DNA of 64,000 nucleotides from Bacteriovoracia bacterium (GTDB taxonomy: Bacteria > Bdellovibrionota > Bacteriovoracia > Bacteriovoracales > Bacteriovoracaceae). Position numbers and translations under genes: made by a program. The DNA is taken from contig JBKHVI010000005.1 of NCBI GenBank assembly GCA_046570105.1, positions 25,294 to 89,293 on the forward strand. The letters run 5' to 3'. Below are positions 30,131 to 40,585 of this stretch, in pieces. The notes beneath the pieces were generated by a model, which was given only the letters and a program-made list of their open reading frames with translations, was not told the DNA's origin and made no database searches. Each line of letters begins with the position of its first letter. The first letter of the stretch is position 1.

Positions 30131-31279
30131 ATGGCGGATAAGCGCGATTATTACGAAATCTTGGGTGTGAATAAGTCATCTTCGAAAGAAGAGATTAAAA
30201 AAGCTTATCGCAAATTGGCGATGCAGTTTCACCCGGATCGTAATCCTGACAATAAAGAAGCCGAAGCAAAATTTAAAGAAGCTTCTGAAGCTGCTGAGGT
30301 TCTACTCGATGACCAAAAGAAGGCTCGCTATGATCAATTCGGTCATGCAGGCATGGGTCAAGGTGGAGGCCCTGGTGGATTTGGTGGTGGAGGATTTAGC
30401 GGAGACTTCGGTGATCTAGGAGACATTTTCGGCGATATCTTCGGCGAGATGATGGGTGGTGGTCGTCGTCGCGGCGGTGGTGGCGGAGGTCGCCGATCAC
30501 GTGCGCAGATGGGCGAAGATCTTCAAGCTGAAATGGAAGTTACGTTTGAAGAAGCGGCCTTCGGAGTAGAAAAAGAAATTCTCATTCAAAAAGCGGCTAC
30601 CTGTGGCGATTGTCATGGAACAGGAGCGAAGAAAGGTTCAAGTGCCACCACCTGTGACATGTGTCACGGTCATGGTGAAGTTCGTCGTCAGCAAGGTTTT
30701 TTTACCATCGCTCAGACTTGTCCTAAGTGTCAGGGTGGGGGGCAGATGATCAAAGACCCCTGCGTAACTTGTCACGGTAAAGGACGAGTTCGTAAGAAAG
30801 AAACCTTAAGCGTAAAAGTACCTGCAGGAATTGATGAAGGTCAGCGCCTTAAACTTTCCAATCAAGGTGATAGTGGTGCACACGGTGGACCTGCGGGTGA
30901 CTTGTATGTTCTTATTCGTTTGAAAGAGCACGATTTTTTCACTCGTGATGGTTTTGATGTGATTTGTGAAGTGCCAGTTAGTTTTTCTCAAGCTGCTCTT
31001 GGTGCTGATGTCGAAGTACCGACCTTGGGCGGTCGAGTTTCGATGAAAGTTCCCGCTGGAACGCAGTCCGGCAAAAAAATGCGACTAAAAAACAAGGGCA
31101 TTGCAAAGTTGGGTGGATATGGGTTTGGAGATCAGATCATCTCGATTCACGTAGAAACACCAACTAAAATCACTGCTGAGCAACGTGAGCTTTTTGAGCG
31201 CCTTGCAGCGTTAGAAGAAAATCAATCCAATCCTATGACTAAGGGCTTCTTCGATAGAGTGAAAGACCTCTTTCAATAA
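30131..31279 (+). CDS. dnaJ: Chaperone DnaJ
   Basis: HPD J-domain, G/F region, four CxxCxGxG repeats. Confidence 0.99.
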   Translation: MADKRDYYEILGVNKSSSKEEIKKAYRKLAMQFHPDRNPDNKEAEAKFKEASEAAEVLLDDQKKARYDQFGHAGMGQGGGPGGFGGGGFSGDFGDLGDIFGDIFGEMMGGGRRRGGGGGGRRSRAQMGEDLQAEMEVTFEEAAFGVEKEILIQKAATCGDCHGTGAKKGSSATTCDMCHGHGEVRRQQGFFTIAQTCPKCQGGGQMIKDPCVTCHGKGRVRKKETLSVKVPAGIDEGQRLKLSNQGDSGAHGGPAGDLYVLIRLKEHDFFTRDGFDVICEVPVSFSQAALGADVEVPTLGGRVSMKVPAGTQSGKKMRLKNKGIAKLGGYGFGDQIISIHVETPTKITAEQRELFERLAALEENQSNPMTKGFFDRVKDLFQ

Positions 31280-31329
31280 TTCATAAGTGGGCGGTAAACT
31301 ATTGCACAAATGTTGCAGGAGTTCCGCCC

Positions 31330-33267
31330 ATGAAGTCATTACTTGCCCTCGTTAGTTTTATTCTCATTCTAAATGGTTGTACTACTCCTGCCCCGAAGGT
31401 TGTTGCTACTCCGCAAGTGCGACCAGTCGTACAGCTCAAAATAGATCAGTCTCGCGAAGCTTTAGGTAAAGGCGAAAGTAAAATTGCTCTCACTCGTCTT
31501 GCGGAGCTATCTGACGATCAACTTGAGCCGATTGAAAAAGCAGTGAAGTATAATCTCAAGGGTGTCATCCATTTCTCCGATTCAGAATGGGAGAAATCAT
31601 TAGCGAATTTTGATATCGCCAAAAAATATGTACCAAATGATTCAACTCTTGAATCACAGATTTGGCTTAATATTGCGAGTGTACGTTTTAAGCAAGGCCT
31701 GTATTCAGAACTCAAAAGTGCCTTAGATGCGATAAATCCCAAAGCGCTCCCAGACAATGAAATTAAAAAGTATGCTCAGCTCAATTTGGCCTGGGCTGCT
31801 AAGTATCAACGGCATTATGAAATCGTAGAAACATCGGTTTTGTTATTAAAGGATGCCAAGTCTTTATCTGAAGTTTCCGATTCAATTTTGAAAGAGCGTT
31901 TGAACATCTCCTTCAAAGAATTAAGCGATCGAGAGAAAATCCGTCTCTTGGAAAAGTATGAGAGTGAGAAGTGGCTTCCGCTCGCATATTTAGGTCAAAT
32001 CGAAGCTGAATCACGCTACTTTAAAGGTGATACCAGTGGTGCACGCGATGTCGTCACTTGGCTCTCTGATCGCTTTAAAGAATTTCCTCAGGTCATGACT
32101 TTTGTAAATGATTTCGAGCAACGTTTAGATAGCTCTACTCGTTTGTCTATGGATGGAATCGGAGTGATTTTGCCACTGACAGGGGATAAGGGGAGCTTTG
32201 GTCAAAAGACTCTCATGGGTCTAGATATTGCACTCAAGGGTACCGGCAGAGATATTGAAATTCATACCAAAGACTCCTTTGATTCGCCTTCTGTTGGAGC
32301 TCAAGCGGTCAGAGATCTTATTCAGCAACATCGTGTACCCTTGATTATTGGTGGTCTTTTCCCTGAGAGTGCCCGTGCGGAGTATTTAGAGGCAAAAAAA
32401 TGGGGCGTTCTGTTCATCTCTCTCGCTCCCGTTCATATTCCACGCGATGAAAAAAATCATTTATTGATTGAGATTCAAGGTTCAATTGAGAGTCAGGTGG
32501 CTGCTCTTGTGACCAATGAAATGCTCTCGCGTTTTGGTAAACGTGTTGGAGTTATTTATCCACAAGGTGATGCCGGAAAGTCTTACGCTGACGAGTTTTG
32601 GCGTGCGGCCCTCACTTCTGGCATGCAAATTACTTCGATGGCGGCTTATCCCAAAGGCACACTCGATTTCAGAGAAACCATTAAACACTTCTTGGGACTT
32701 CGATTTCCGCGAGAGCGTTCGGAAGAGTTAGAAGTTTTCCGTGATACTTATGTCCACGAGCGCTCGAGTATTCGACGTATTCAAAATCTACCTCCGTCGA
32801 TTGATTTCGACTGGGTCTTTATTGCTTCATATCCTAATGAGGCCCTTTCACTCGTTCCGACTTTTGGTTATTACGATGCCAAGAATCTAAAAGTTTTTGG
32901 TGGGCCGAGCTGGACATCTCGTTCTATGGTGCAAAAACAGAAAGAACTCGGTCGTCTCTATATGGTTGGGGAGGATCCAGGTAACACAAACCTCGAGCTT
33001 TCTAAAAAGTTTCAAGACACTTACGGAAAAGCTCCGACCTTGTTAGAAATGTTGGGCTTTGATGCTGCCTTACTGGCCGGCCAATTAATGAGCGATGCAG
33101 GCATATCTCAGCGTGCAGCTTTTGATGCTCGCATGAAAGAATTGGCAAAACTCAAAGGAGCTTCAACAGAGTGGGCCCTGACCGAAGGTCTGTGGATTAA
33201 AAAAATGCAGCCACTTGTTTTAAGAGATAACGAAGTTCGGCCTATCTTCGAAGGAGAGTTGCGCTAA
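31330..33267 (+). CDS. LpoA/LppC-like penicillin-binding protein activator lipoprotein
   Basis: LNGC lipobox, TPR-like N-half, IGVILPLTG periplasmic-binding-type C-half. Confidence 0.75.
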   Translation: MKSLLALVSFILILNGCTTPAPKVVATPQVRPVVQLKIDQSREALGKGESKIALTRLAELSDDQLEPIEKAVKYNLKGVIHFSDSEWEKSLANFDIAKKYVPNDSTLESQIWLNIASVRFKQGLYSELKSALDAINPKALPDNEIKKYAQLNLAWAAKYQRHYEIVETSVLLLKDAKSLSEVSDSILKERLNISFKELSDREKIRLLEKYESEKWLPLAYLGQIEAESRYFKGDTSGARDVVTWLSDRFKEFPQVMTFVNDFEQRLDSSTRLSMDGIGVILPLTGDKGSFGQKTLMGLDIALKGTGRDIEIHTKDSFDSPSVGAQAVRDLIQQHRVPLIIGGLFPESARAEYLEAKKWGVLFISLAPVHIPRDEKNHLLIEIQGSIESQVAALVTNEMLSRFGKRVGVIYPQGDAGKSYADEFWRAALTSGMQITSMAAYPKGTLDFRETIKHFLGLRFPRERSEELEVFRDTYVHERSSIRRIQNLPPSIDFDWVFIASYPNEALSLVPTFGYYDAKNLKVFGGPSWTSRSMVQKQKELGRLYMVGEDPGNTNLELSKKFQDTYGKAPTLLEMLGFDAALLAGQLMSDAGISQRAAFDARMKELAKLKGASTEWALTEGLWIKKMQPLVLRDNEVRPIFEGELR

Positions 33268-33269
33268 GC

Positions 33270-33833
33270 CTAGTTGGGATAGCGCAATGAGAAAAGATCT
33301 TCAAAGTTACGGCCAAAGTCTTCAAGATCAAGGCCGTAGCCCACGACGAAAGCGTCATCAAGTTTTTTACCAATTAGCTCTGCAGTGACCGGCACGGCCC
33401 TTTTATAGGGTTTGTCGAAAAGTGTCACAACGCCAATGGAGCGTGGCGACGCAAGTTGCAAACGCTTTTTGAGAAAACTCAGAGCGCGGCCAGTGTCGAT
33501 AATTTCTTCGACAATCAAAACGTTTCGATCAATTAAATTCGTGGTGAGATCTTTTGAAAGAATGATGGTTCCAGCAGATTCTTTGCTACGCCCAACAGAC
33601 TGAAGTTTAACGAAATCGACATAGACTCGAACACCTTGAATAGAGCGAACCAGATCGGCCATAAAGGTCATGCTGCCTTTAAGAACTCCCACTAGTACCA
33701 ATTCTTGGCCGGCATATTTTTGCGAAATGGCGTGCCCCAATGTTTCCACAATAGTTTTGATCTCTTTGCGATCAACGTATTTTACGAATTGCGTGGAAGC
33801 AAAGCTCGATGGGAATTTGTCTTTTTCGTTCAT
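33270..33833 (-). CDS. hpt: Hypoxanthine phosphoribosyltransferase
   Basis: VGVLKGSMTFMADL, VLIVEEIIDTG, FVVGYGLD; start ATG 33833. Confidence 0.88.
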   Translation of the reverse strand: MNEKDKFPSSFASTQFVKYVDRKEIKTIVETLGHAISQKYAGQELVLVGVLKGSMTFMADLVRSIQGVRVYVDFVKLQSVGRSKESAGTIILSKDLTTNLIDRNVLIVEEIIDTGRALSFLKKRLQLASPRSIGVVTLFDKPYKRAVPVTAELIGKKLDDAFVVGYGLDLEDFGRNFEDLFSLRYPN

Positions 33834-33995
33834 ATCAATCCTTGTTAATCGATCTATTCTAGCGAAGGACTTCAAGGCAGGCCATAAACCAGTGAGTTGA
33901 GCGTTTTAGTCGGAATAGAGGAAATCCTGACAAATTCTTGTAGTTAGAGGGGGTGAATGGTAAATTTTTTGGGATAAGGAAGTCACAATAACGCC

Positions 33996-34949
33996 ATGGC
34001 TACAAAGAAAAAAACACGCGCGAGTGCGGTGAAGAAGAAATCACCTGCTCCCAAGCGTATCAAAACTACCAGTAAGTCGACGCTCATGAGGCGTTTGTCT
34101 GAAAAAACAAAAAAACCTAGCTTCAAGCTTACGCCGAGGCTACAAGCGATTCGCAATCGTCGCGTCTATGCCAACGTTGCCAAAAGAAAAATTGCGCTTG
34201 ATATGCTTGAGCGTTACACCGGCCACGAGTTCACGGATTTTCAACCGCAGATTATTCTCACAAACTTTCATTATTATTTTGAACGTTTTCAGAAACTTCT
34301 TCCAGATGCAGTCGCTACGAAAGGATCAGCATTTGCAGCTGCTTCGTCTCCATCAGCTCGTGTGACGATTGTTGAATTTGGTATTGGATCAGCAATGGCT
34401 GCTCTTGTGATGGAATTGTTGGCAGTTGTTGAGCCTCGCGCAGTACTTTTCCTTGGAATGTGCGGAGGAACTCGTAACGACTTGAAGGTAGGCGATTTCA
34501 TTCTACCCATCGGCTCAATTCGAAGTGAGAGCGTTTCAGTTCATTTCATGCCGGCGCAAGTGCCCGCATTACCGACGTTCAAAATTCAAAAGTTCGCCAG
34601 CCAGGTACTTGTTGAGCATGATCTTGATTATCGCACAGGTGTGGTACACTCAACTGACCTACGCTTCTGGGAATTCGACGATACTTTCAAAGAAACATTA
34701 TACGAAGAGCGCGCCATCGCTGTGGAAATGGAAACGGCAGCTCTTTTTGTAACCGCATTCGCCAGTAAAGTGAGTGTGGGTGCGCTCTTGCTTGTAAGTG
34801 ATATGCCACTTCAGCGCGGTGGTATTAAGACGAAGAAAAGTGCTAACAGTGTATTTAGAAATTACACCGATCTACATATCGAGCTAGGTATTGAAATCAT
34901 GGCGGATATCGCAGAACGGGGCGAAGCAATTAGACAATATAAGTGGTGA
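33996..34949 (+). CDS. amn: AMP nucleosidase (short PNP/UDP-family type) with basic N-terminal extension
   Basis: [41 protein letters not shown]. Confidence 0.8.
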   Translation: MATKKKTRASAVKKKSPAPKRIKTTSKSTLMRRLSEKTKKPSFKLTPRLQAIRNRRVYANVAKRKIALDMLERYTGHEFTDFQPQIILTNFHYYFERFQKLLPDAVATKGSAFAAASSPSARVTIVEFGIGSAMAALVMELLAVVEPRAVLFLGMCGGTRNDLKVGDFILPIGSIRSESVSVHFMPAQVPALPTFKIQKFASQVLVEHDLDYRTGVVHSTDLRFWEFDDTFKETLYEERAIAVEMETAALFVTAFASKVSVGALLLVSDMPLQRGGIKTKKSANSVFRNYTDLHIELGIEIMADIAERGEAIRQYKW

Positions 34950-34965
34950 TAACCGAGGAATAACG

Positions 34966-36003
34966 ATGTTCAAGAAAGTTCTCGATTGGTTCTCAAATGA
35001 TTTAGCAATTGACCTTGGTACCGCCAACACTTTGGTATACGCCAAAGACCGTGGCATTATCGTCAATGAGCCTTCAGTAGTAGCAGTCCACCAAGGTTTC
35101 CGTGGTGAACAAAAAGTTCTCGCTGTAGGTAAAGAAGCCAAAGAAATGTTGGGTAGAACTCCAGGCTCAATCAAAGCCATTCGTCCAATGAAAGACGGTG
35201 TGATCGCTGACTTTGAAGTCACTCAAGCGATGCTTAAGTATTTCATCCAAAAAAGTTTGCACGGCTCAAAGCTAATTAAGCCACGTATTATCATCTGTAT
35301 CCCATTCGGTATCACTCAAGTTGAGAAGCGCGCAGTGAAAGAATCGGCTGAACAGGCGGGAGCACGCGAAGTTTATTTGATTGAAGAACCTATGGCAGCT
35401 GCGATTGGTGCAGGTCTTCCGATTACTGATCCATCAGGCAATATGATTGTAGACATCGGTGGTGGTACAACAGAAGTGGCCGTGATTTCACTCGGCGGTA
35501 TCGTTTACTCTAAATCAGTGCGCGTGGCCGGTGATAAGTTTGATGAGGCCATCGTAAGTTATATCAAAAAGAAATATTCTCTTCTTATTGGTGAACGTAC
35601 AGCCGAGATGATTAAGATCTCAATCGGTAATGCTTATCCGTTTGATGATGAAGTTAAAACATACGAAGTAAAAGGCCGCGACTTGATTGCTGGCGCACCG
35701 AAAACAATTGAAGTCACTTCAGATGAAATTCGTGAAGCATTAGCTGATCCTATTTCTGAAGTGATCGAAGCGATCAAAATCTCTCTGGAAAAAACTCCAC
35801 CAGAACTCGCCGCTGATATCGTGGATAACGGTATTATTTTGGCCGGTGGTGGATCAATGCTCGCCAACCTCGATATTCTAATTAAAGAAAAGACAGGTCT
35901 TCCTGTTGCTCTTGCTGAAGATCCACTTACTTGCGTAGTTCGTGGTTGTGGAATGGCACTTGAGAGCATGAGCTTGTTACGTCAGGTAACAACGCTGACC
36001 TGA
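34966..36003 (+). CDS. mreB: Rod shape-determining protein MreB (no mreCD adjacent)
   Basis: [36 protein letters not shown]. Confidence 0.97.
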   Translation: MFKKVLDWFSNDLAIDLGTANTLVYAKDRGIIVNEPSVVAVHQGFRGEQKVLAVGKEAKEMLGRTPGSIKAIRPMKDGVIADFEVTQAMLKYFIQKSLHGSKLIKPRIIICIPFGITQVEKRAVKESAEQAGAREVYLIEEPMAAAIGAGLPITDPSGNMIVDIGGGTTEVAVISLGGIVYSKSVRVAGDKFDEAIVSYIKKKYSLLIGERTAEMIKISIGNAYPFDDEVKTYEVKGRDLIAGAPKTIEVTSDEIREALADPISEVIEAIKISLEKTPPELAADIVDNGIILAGGGSMLANLDILIKEKTGLPVALAEDPLTCVVRGCGMALESMSLLRQVTTLT

Positions 36004-36023
36004 TAGAATAGAGAAGGGATAGC

Positions 36024-36851
36024 ATGACGCTAGCGCCACAAACGAACTTCACGACTCTAACCGAAGCGGAGAAGAAGAGTAAATTGTGGCAGCTTGCGAC
36101 TCATAAAGGTCAATGTACGCTCTGGCGACGCGGCCAAAAAGAGCGTTCAGTCTTTAGAATCAAAGAGTTTGATAAGGCCGAGGGTAAACTTGTCCTACAT
36201 GTTGAGCCCGGCTCACCAAGCCTCGGCACAGATGTCTTAGGTAGCTTTGAGCTGAAGAATGTCGCTTTCTTTTTTAAATCTAAAATTATCGCCTCTACGA
36301 CGAATACCTTGGTGCTCGACACCTCTGGTGAATTTTATAAGTCAGAGCGCCGTCAGAATTATCGCTTACTCACTTATCCGATCTACGATATCAACGCGCA
36401 CTTTGTTTTGCCGGAAGATTACCAAGGCGGCAAAGTGGTTGATATTCGCAATAAAAATAGCCAAACAGGATTATTTCGCAGCTTCTTAAAGCTCGTTGAG
36501 CCTGAAGGATCTGATCAGCTGGGTAATCGACTGAAGCTACGTGTGCAAGACTTGTCAGTAACAGGGCTCTCCATTCATATCGGTGAAATTGAGCTCCCGT
36601 TTTTCCGCACAGGTGAAGTTTTAAATGGATTAGAGATTGATGTAGCAGGAGAATCTTTGGAGATTCCTCAGACAAAAGTCGTCTATGTTGTCGATCAAAT
36701 CGGTCATTTTGAGACTCACCAGAAAAAATTTAAAGTGGGATTACGCTTTGAGAAGCTTCCCGAAGAGCTCGATTTACGTTTAGGCACTAAAATCAACGAA
36801 CTCTTGCGTCAAGTTGATGCGAATAATGAATTTGAAGATTTTTTAAAATGA
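36024..36851 (+). CDS. PilZ-domain c-di-GMP receptor
   Basis: ERRQNYR (RxxxR) and DLSVTG (DxSxxG); C-terminal GLRF. Confidence 0.8.
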   Translation: MTLAPQTNFTTLTEAEKKSKLWQLATHKGQCTLWRRGQKERSVFRIKEFDKAEGKLVLHVEPGSPSLGTDVLGSFELKNVAFFFKSKIIASTTNTLVLDTSGEFYKSERRQNYRLLTYPIYDINAHFVLPEDYQGGKVVDIRNKNSQTGLFRSFLKLVEPEGSDQLGNRLKLRVQDLSVTGLSIHIGEIELPFFRTGEVLNGLEIDVAGESLEIPQTKVVYVVDQIGHFETHQKKFKVGLRFEKLPEELDLRLGTKINELLRQVDANNEFEDFLK

Positions 36852-37624
36852 AAACGGCAATGCTGGCCTTAATAGCTTTTGCCAGTTGTGCGAGTCATAA
36901 GCCTGAACTCTCTCAATCTGTTGTTCGCAATAATGCTAAGACTTACTCCTACCGTGATGTAAGTGGCCAATTTGAATATGCTCGCGAGGTAAAGCTAGAG
37001 AAAGCTAAACTTGCCAGTAGAGTTCAAGTTATGGCGAGTGGAGAGCAAAAAGAAAAGCTCTTAGAAAAGACTTTCGCTATTTCTAGTATCGGTTCAGTAA
37101 AAACTCGCCGAGGAAGGGCCTTGGCCATTCGACCCGAGATTGCTCAGCATACAGTTTGGCTCGAAGGAAAAAGATATTTTAGTCAGATGAAAATGAACCT
37201 CAAGAAAAGAAAGCTTGAGGTCATCATGGAGAGCCCTGAGTCCAAGTGGAAAGGAACAAAAGAGCTGGCGCTACCGAAAGGGCGAATTTTCTGTTTTTAT
37301 AGTCAATTGCCTGAATGCTTGGTGGCGTCTGGTTTACTTGTAAGCACTCAGAATTCACGTAATCCCGTCTACTTTTATCTAATATGGGACTCATGGCCCT
37401 ATCATCAAGAGCATTTCACAGGTTTGACGGCGTCTGCTTTTGTTAAAGCGAGTGTCTCACTTGAGCGAAAAGAGAAAAATGTTTTGCGTCATGTAGTTGA
37501 AGTGAACGGACAAATAATGAACCTTCATTTTTCAAATGACGGTTCATTCATTAGAATGTTTTGGACGACCCAAGGTTTGAGCATCATTCCTCCGGGTGAA
37601 ATACAAGAGTCTCAAGAACTTTAA
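36848..37624 (+). CDS. Hypothetical lipoprotein
   Basis: FASC lipobox; ATGA overlap with PilZ gene. Confidence 0.7.
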   Translation: MKTAMLALIAFASCASHKPELSQSVVRNNAKTYSYRDVSGQFEYAREVKLEKAKLASRVQVMASGEQKEKLLEKTFAISSIGSVKTRRGRALAIRPEIAQHTVWLEGKRYFSQMKMNLKKRKLEVIMESPESKWKGTKELALPKGRIFCFYSQLPECLVASGLLVSTQNSRNPVYFYLIWDSWPYHQEHFTGLTASAFVKASVSLERKEKNVLRHVVEVNGQIMNLHFSNDGSFIRMFWTTQGLSIIPPGEIQESQEL

Positions 37625-37633
37625 AGGATCGTT

Positions 37634-38716
37634 GTGGAAAATCCTGGTAGCCTCGTTATCACTGGCATTAAAGGCACCTCGCTATCAGCTGAGGAAAAAG
37701 AACTCATTAAAGAAGAAAAATTGGGTGGTGTGATTCTATTTGCCCACAATTTCGAAACGCCTGCCCAGCTTGCGGAGTTGGTAAATTCGATTCAGTCATT
37801 GCGTGATGAGTGGCCACTTTTCATTTCAGTTGATCATGAGGGTGGGAGAGTTATTCGATTCAAAAAAGGATTTACTCAGTTTCCACCGATGTACGAAATC
37901 GCCAGAATGGATTCTCCAAAACTCACTTATGAAGTCCATGCGATTATGGCAAAGGAACTCTCGGCCTGCGGAATTAATCTAAGCTTTTCACCCGTGTGCG
38001 ATATTTGGACAAATCCTGAAAACAAAGTCGTAGGAGATCGTTCATTCGGTCATGATATTGAATCAGTAGAAAAGCATGTCAGTGCCGCCATTCGAGGCTT
38101 GCAGACAAATGGCGTACTCGCTTGTGCCAAACACTTCCCGGGTCACGGTAATACACTCAAAGACAGTCACTATGATCTTCCTTTGATTAAAGAATCACTC
38201 GAAGAGCTTAAGGCGCGTGAGATACAACCTTTTATTCGTGCTTCAAAAAGTCGCGTTGAATTTATGATGATGGCGCATCTTTTGATTGATGCGATTGATC
38301 CGAAGAATCCAACTACTGTTTCAGCTAAGGCCTATCAACTGCTTCGTGATGAAACGAAATTTACTAAGATTGTTGTGACTGATGATATGGAAATGAAAGC
38401 CATTGCTGATCGCCACTCAATTGAAGAAGCTGCTTTTTTGGCGATTGATGCAGGGGCAGATATGGTCCTATATCGCTTTCCGGAAGATGCAGCTAAAGCA
38501 GTGGCTTCTTTGCGAGATGCTTTGAAGACTAAGAAGCTCAAGAAAGAAAAATTTCTCGATAAATTAGCTCGGGTTGAAGCTTGTAAAAAAGAACATTTCA
38601 AAGAGTACAAGCCGATCTATGTGCCTAAGATTACTTCAGCATTTAATACGCAAGATGCAAAAAAAGTGTTGGATATCTATCAAGCATTTTTGCAAGGAAA
38701 GCCGGTTCCAACTTAA
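37634..38716 (+). CDS. nagZ: beta-N-acetylhexosaminidase (GH3)
   Basis: DHEGGRV, KHFPGHG...DSH, TDDMEM. Confidence 0.92.
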   Translation: MENPGSLVITGIKGTSLSAEEKELIKEEKLGGVILFAHNFETPAQLAELVNSIQSLRDEWPLFISVDHEGGRVIRFKKGFTQFPPMYEIARMDSPKLTYEVHAIMAKELSACGINLSFSPVCDIWTNPENKVVGDRSFGHDIESVEKHVSAAIRGLQTNGVLACAKHFPGHGNTLKDSHYDLPLIKESLEELKAREIQPFIRASKSRVEFMMMAHLLIDAIDPKNPTTVSAKAYQLLRDETKFTKIVVTDDMEMKAIADRHSIEEAAFLAIDAGADMVLYRFPEDAAKAVASLRDALKTKKLKKEKFLDKLARVEACKKEHFKEYKPIYVPKITSAFNTQDAKKVLDIYQAFLQGKPVPT

Positions 38717-38789
38717 GCGGAGTTTTTTTCCCTCATCCCGCAATTTCGGTCTCTTGCACCCTTCTCTGTTAATCTAATAGGAAGAAGGA

Positions 38790-40232
38790 GTGTGTCAACT
38801 CGTGGAAATAAGGTTTTTAATAGGCCTGTGGATCATCCTGTGGTTCGGCATTTATGATGCCCGTGCACAGAACTGCGCGCAAGAATTTGGCGCGATTGAT
38901 GAAGAATGTATTCGCAGCAAACAAGCGAAATTTACAGATAAGCCGATCATCCTTTCAAAGGATGTGGTTGATAACATTTATTTTTATCAAACCAATCAAG
39001 GTAGTTTCGGAAAATTAAAAATCATTTCTGTCGTGAGTGACAAAGATCGTTCTGCGGAAGATAGAAGGCGCGGAGTTCTTGAGTGTGTTGCCTACTTTGA
39101 TGCTTCGACATTTGTGAAAGGAAAAGCGTTTTCACCTAATACCATCCTTAGTATTAAGTCAGAATTCAATACATGGTCGCAAGATAGTTTAGGTCTTGAT
39201 CGCAATGGCCCCTTCGATCTTAGACTAGAAAGAGACAATGATAAGTGTGTTATCAAACCACTCTCTGCCAAATGGGTGATTCATCAAAAAGTTGCGGCTA
39301 CTGCCGGTCTGTTTGGTGACAATGCACGTACCACACTCTTTTATGCATCTTTATTCCTTATAGGTCTGGCCATTTTCTTGGTGGCTCGCGCGACTTTAGA
39401 TGAAGAAAATAAATTCAAAGCAGCCGAGACTCTCGAAGAAGCTGATGTTGAGAAAAAACAGCAAGCCACTGACTTCGTACTTAAATACTCTCGTCCATTC
39501 TTTAAGCGATACTTCACGCCCATTGTAATGGGAATGAAAGGCAGACAATCACTTAAAACAAAATATCGTCGTAAACTGGCCAATGCAGGCCTAACTAAAG
39601 AACTCACGCCCGAAGACTTCTTTGCTTTTAAGTTATTCCTCATTATTGGTTTCCCCGTATTGTTCATTATCTTCAGAGCTCTACTTGAAGAAACCTGGTC
39701 ACTTGGCGCCATTCCTGTTCTGGCCGTTGTCGGATTCTTTTATCCCAATATTTGGATGAATGGCCGTATCGACCGACGCAAAGACGACATGATCCGCGGT
39801 ATGCCTTTTATCGTTGATATGCTTGCTCTCTCAGTCGAAGCGGGCCTTGATTTTATGGCCGCAATACAAAAAGTTATTGAGAAAGCGCCTCCTTCGCCTT
39901 TGGTTGAAGAATTTGAAACAATGATAAAAGAAACCAAAATCGGCTCTAGTCGTGCGGAAGGCTTAAGACAGCTTGCGTGGAGAATTGATGTTCTGCCGAT
40001 CAATTCATTTTGCGCGACCTTGATTGCCGCAGACTCCGTGGGTGCATCTATTGCGCCGATTCTGAAGCAGCTTTCAAATGAGATGCGCCAGAAAAGATCC
40101 TCAGAGGCAGAGAAGAAGGGTGCAACTGCAGCAACAAAAATTCTCTTCCCCATGATTATCTTTATTATGCCTGCGGTCTTTATCGCTATTGCAGGTCCCA
40201 TGATTCTCAAATTTATGAGTGGGGGTGGGTAG
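38790..40232 (+). CDS. tadC: TadC-like pilus platform protein (T2SSF family) with extra N-terminal exported domain
   Basis: PFIVDMLALSVEAGLDF...GASIAPILKQ...KILFPMIIFIMPA. Confidence 0.82.
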   Translation: MCQLVEIRFLIGLWIILWFGIYDARAQNCAQEFGAIDEECIRSKQAKFTDKPIILSKDVVDNIYFYQTNQGSFGKLKIISVVSDKDRSAEDRRRGVLECVAYFDASTFVKGKAFSPNTILSIKSEFNTWSQDSLGLDRNGPFDLRLERDNDKCVIKPLSAKWVIHQKVAATAGLFGDNARTTLFYASLFLIGLAIFLVARATLDEENKFKAAETLEEADVEKKQQATDFVLKYSRPFFKRYFTPIVMGMKGRQSLKTKYRRKLANAGLTKELTPEDFFAFKLFLIIGFPVLFIIFRALLEETWSLGAIPVLAVVGFFYPNIWMNGRIDRRKDDMIRGMPFIVDMLALSVEAGLDFMAAIQKVIEKAPPSPLVEEFETMIKETKIGSSRAEGLRQLAWRIDVLPINSFCATLIAADSVGASIAPILKQLSNEMRQKRSSEAEKKGATAATKILFPMIIFIMPAVFIAIAGPMILKFMSGGG

Positions 40233-40585
40233 TGCGCTTTTATAAAATTACTCATCGTGAAACAGGAAAGCTTGTTGCTACTCAAGTTCGCAAGGCCGAT
40301 AACCTTGCCACAAGATTACTTGGCCTGATGTTCAAAGCAAATTTACAAGATATGGATGGTCTCATGCTTCAGCCTTGTAATTCCATTCACACATTTTTTA
40401 TGCGTTTTCCAATAGATGTTGTGTTTTTAACTGCTAATAACGAAGTCGTTAAAGTGATTCGCTCACTTAAGCCATGGAGAATGACGTGGATGTATCTGCG
40501 CGCTGTAAAAACATTAGAGCTTAAAGCAGGAGCTCTCCCTTCGGAAGTCTTAGAGGGAACGAGTTTAGAGGTGACTCATGTATAA
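40232..40585 (+). CDS. DUF192 family protein
   Basis: RLLGLMF...PCNSIHTFFMRFPIDVVFL...LELKAG. Confidence 0.85.
   Translation: MRFYKITHRETGKLVATQVRKADNLATRLLGLMFKANLQDMDGLMLQPCNSIHTFFMRFPIDVVFLTANNEVVKVIRSLKPWRMTWMYLRAVKTLELKAGALPSEVLEGTSLEVTHV

Noticed and set aside
33490..33520. hpt PRPP motif reads EEIIDTG rather than EDIIDTG
   Set aside because: Single conservative change with the other motifs intact; not enough to call it inactive
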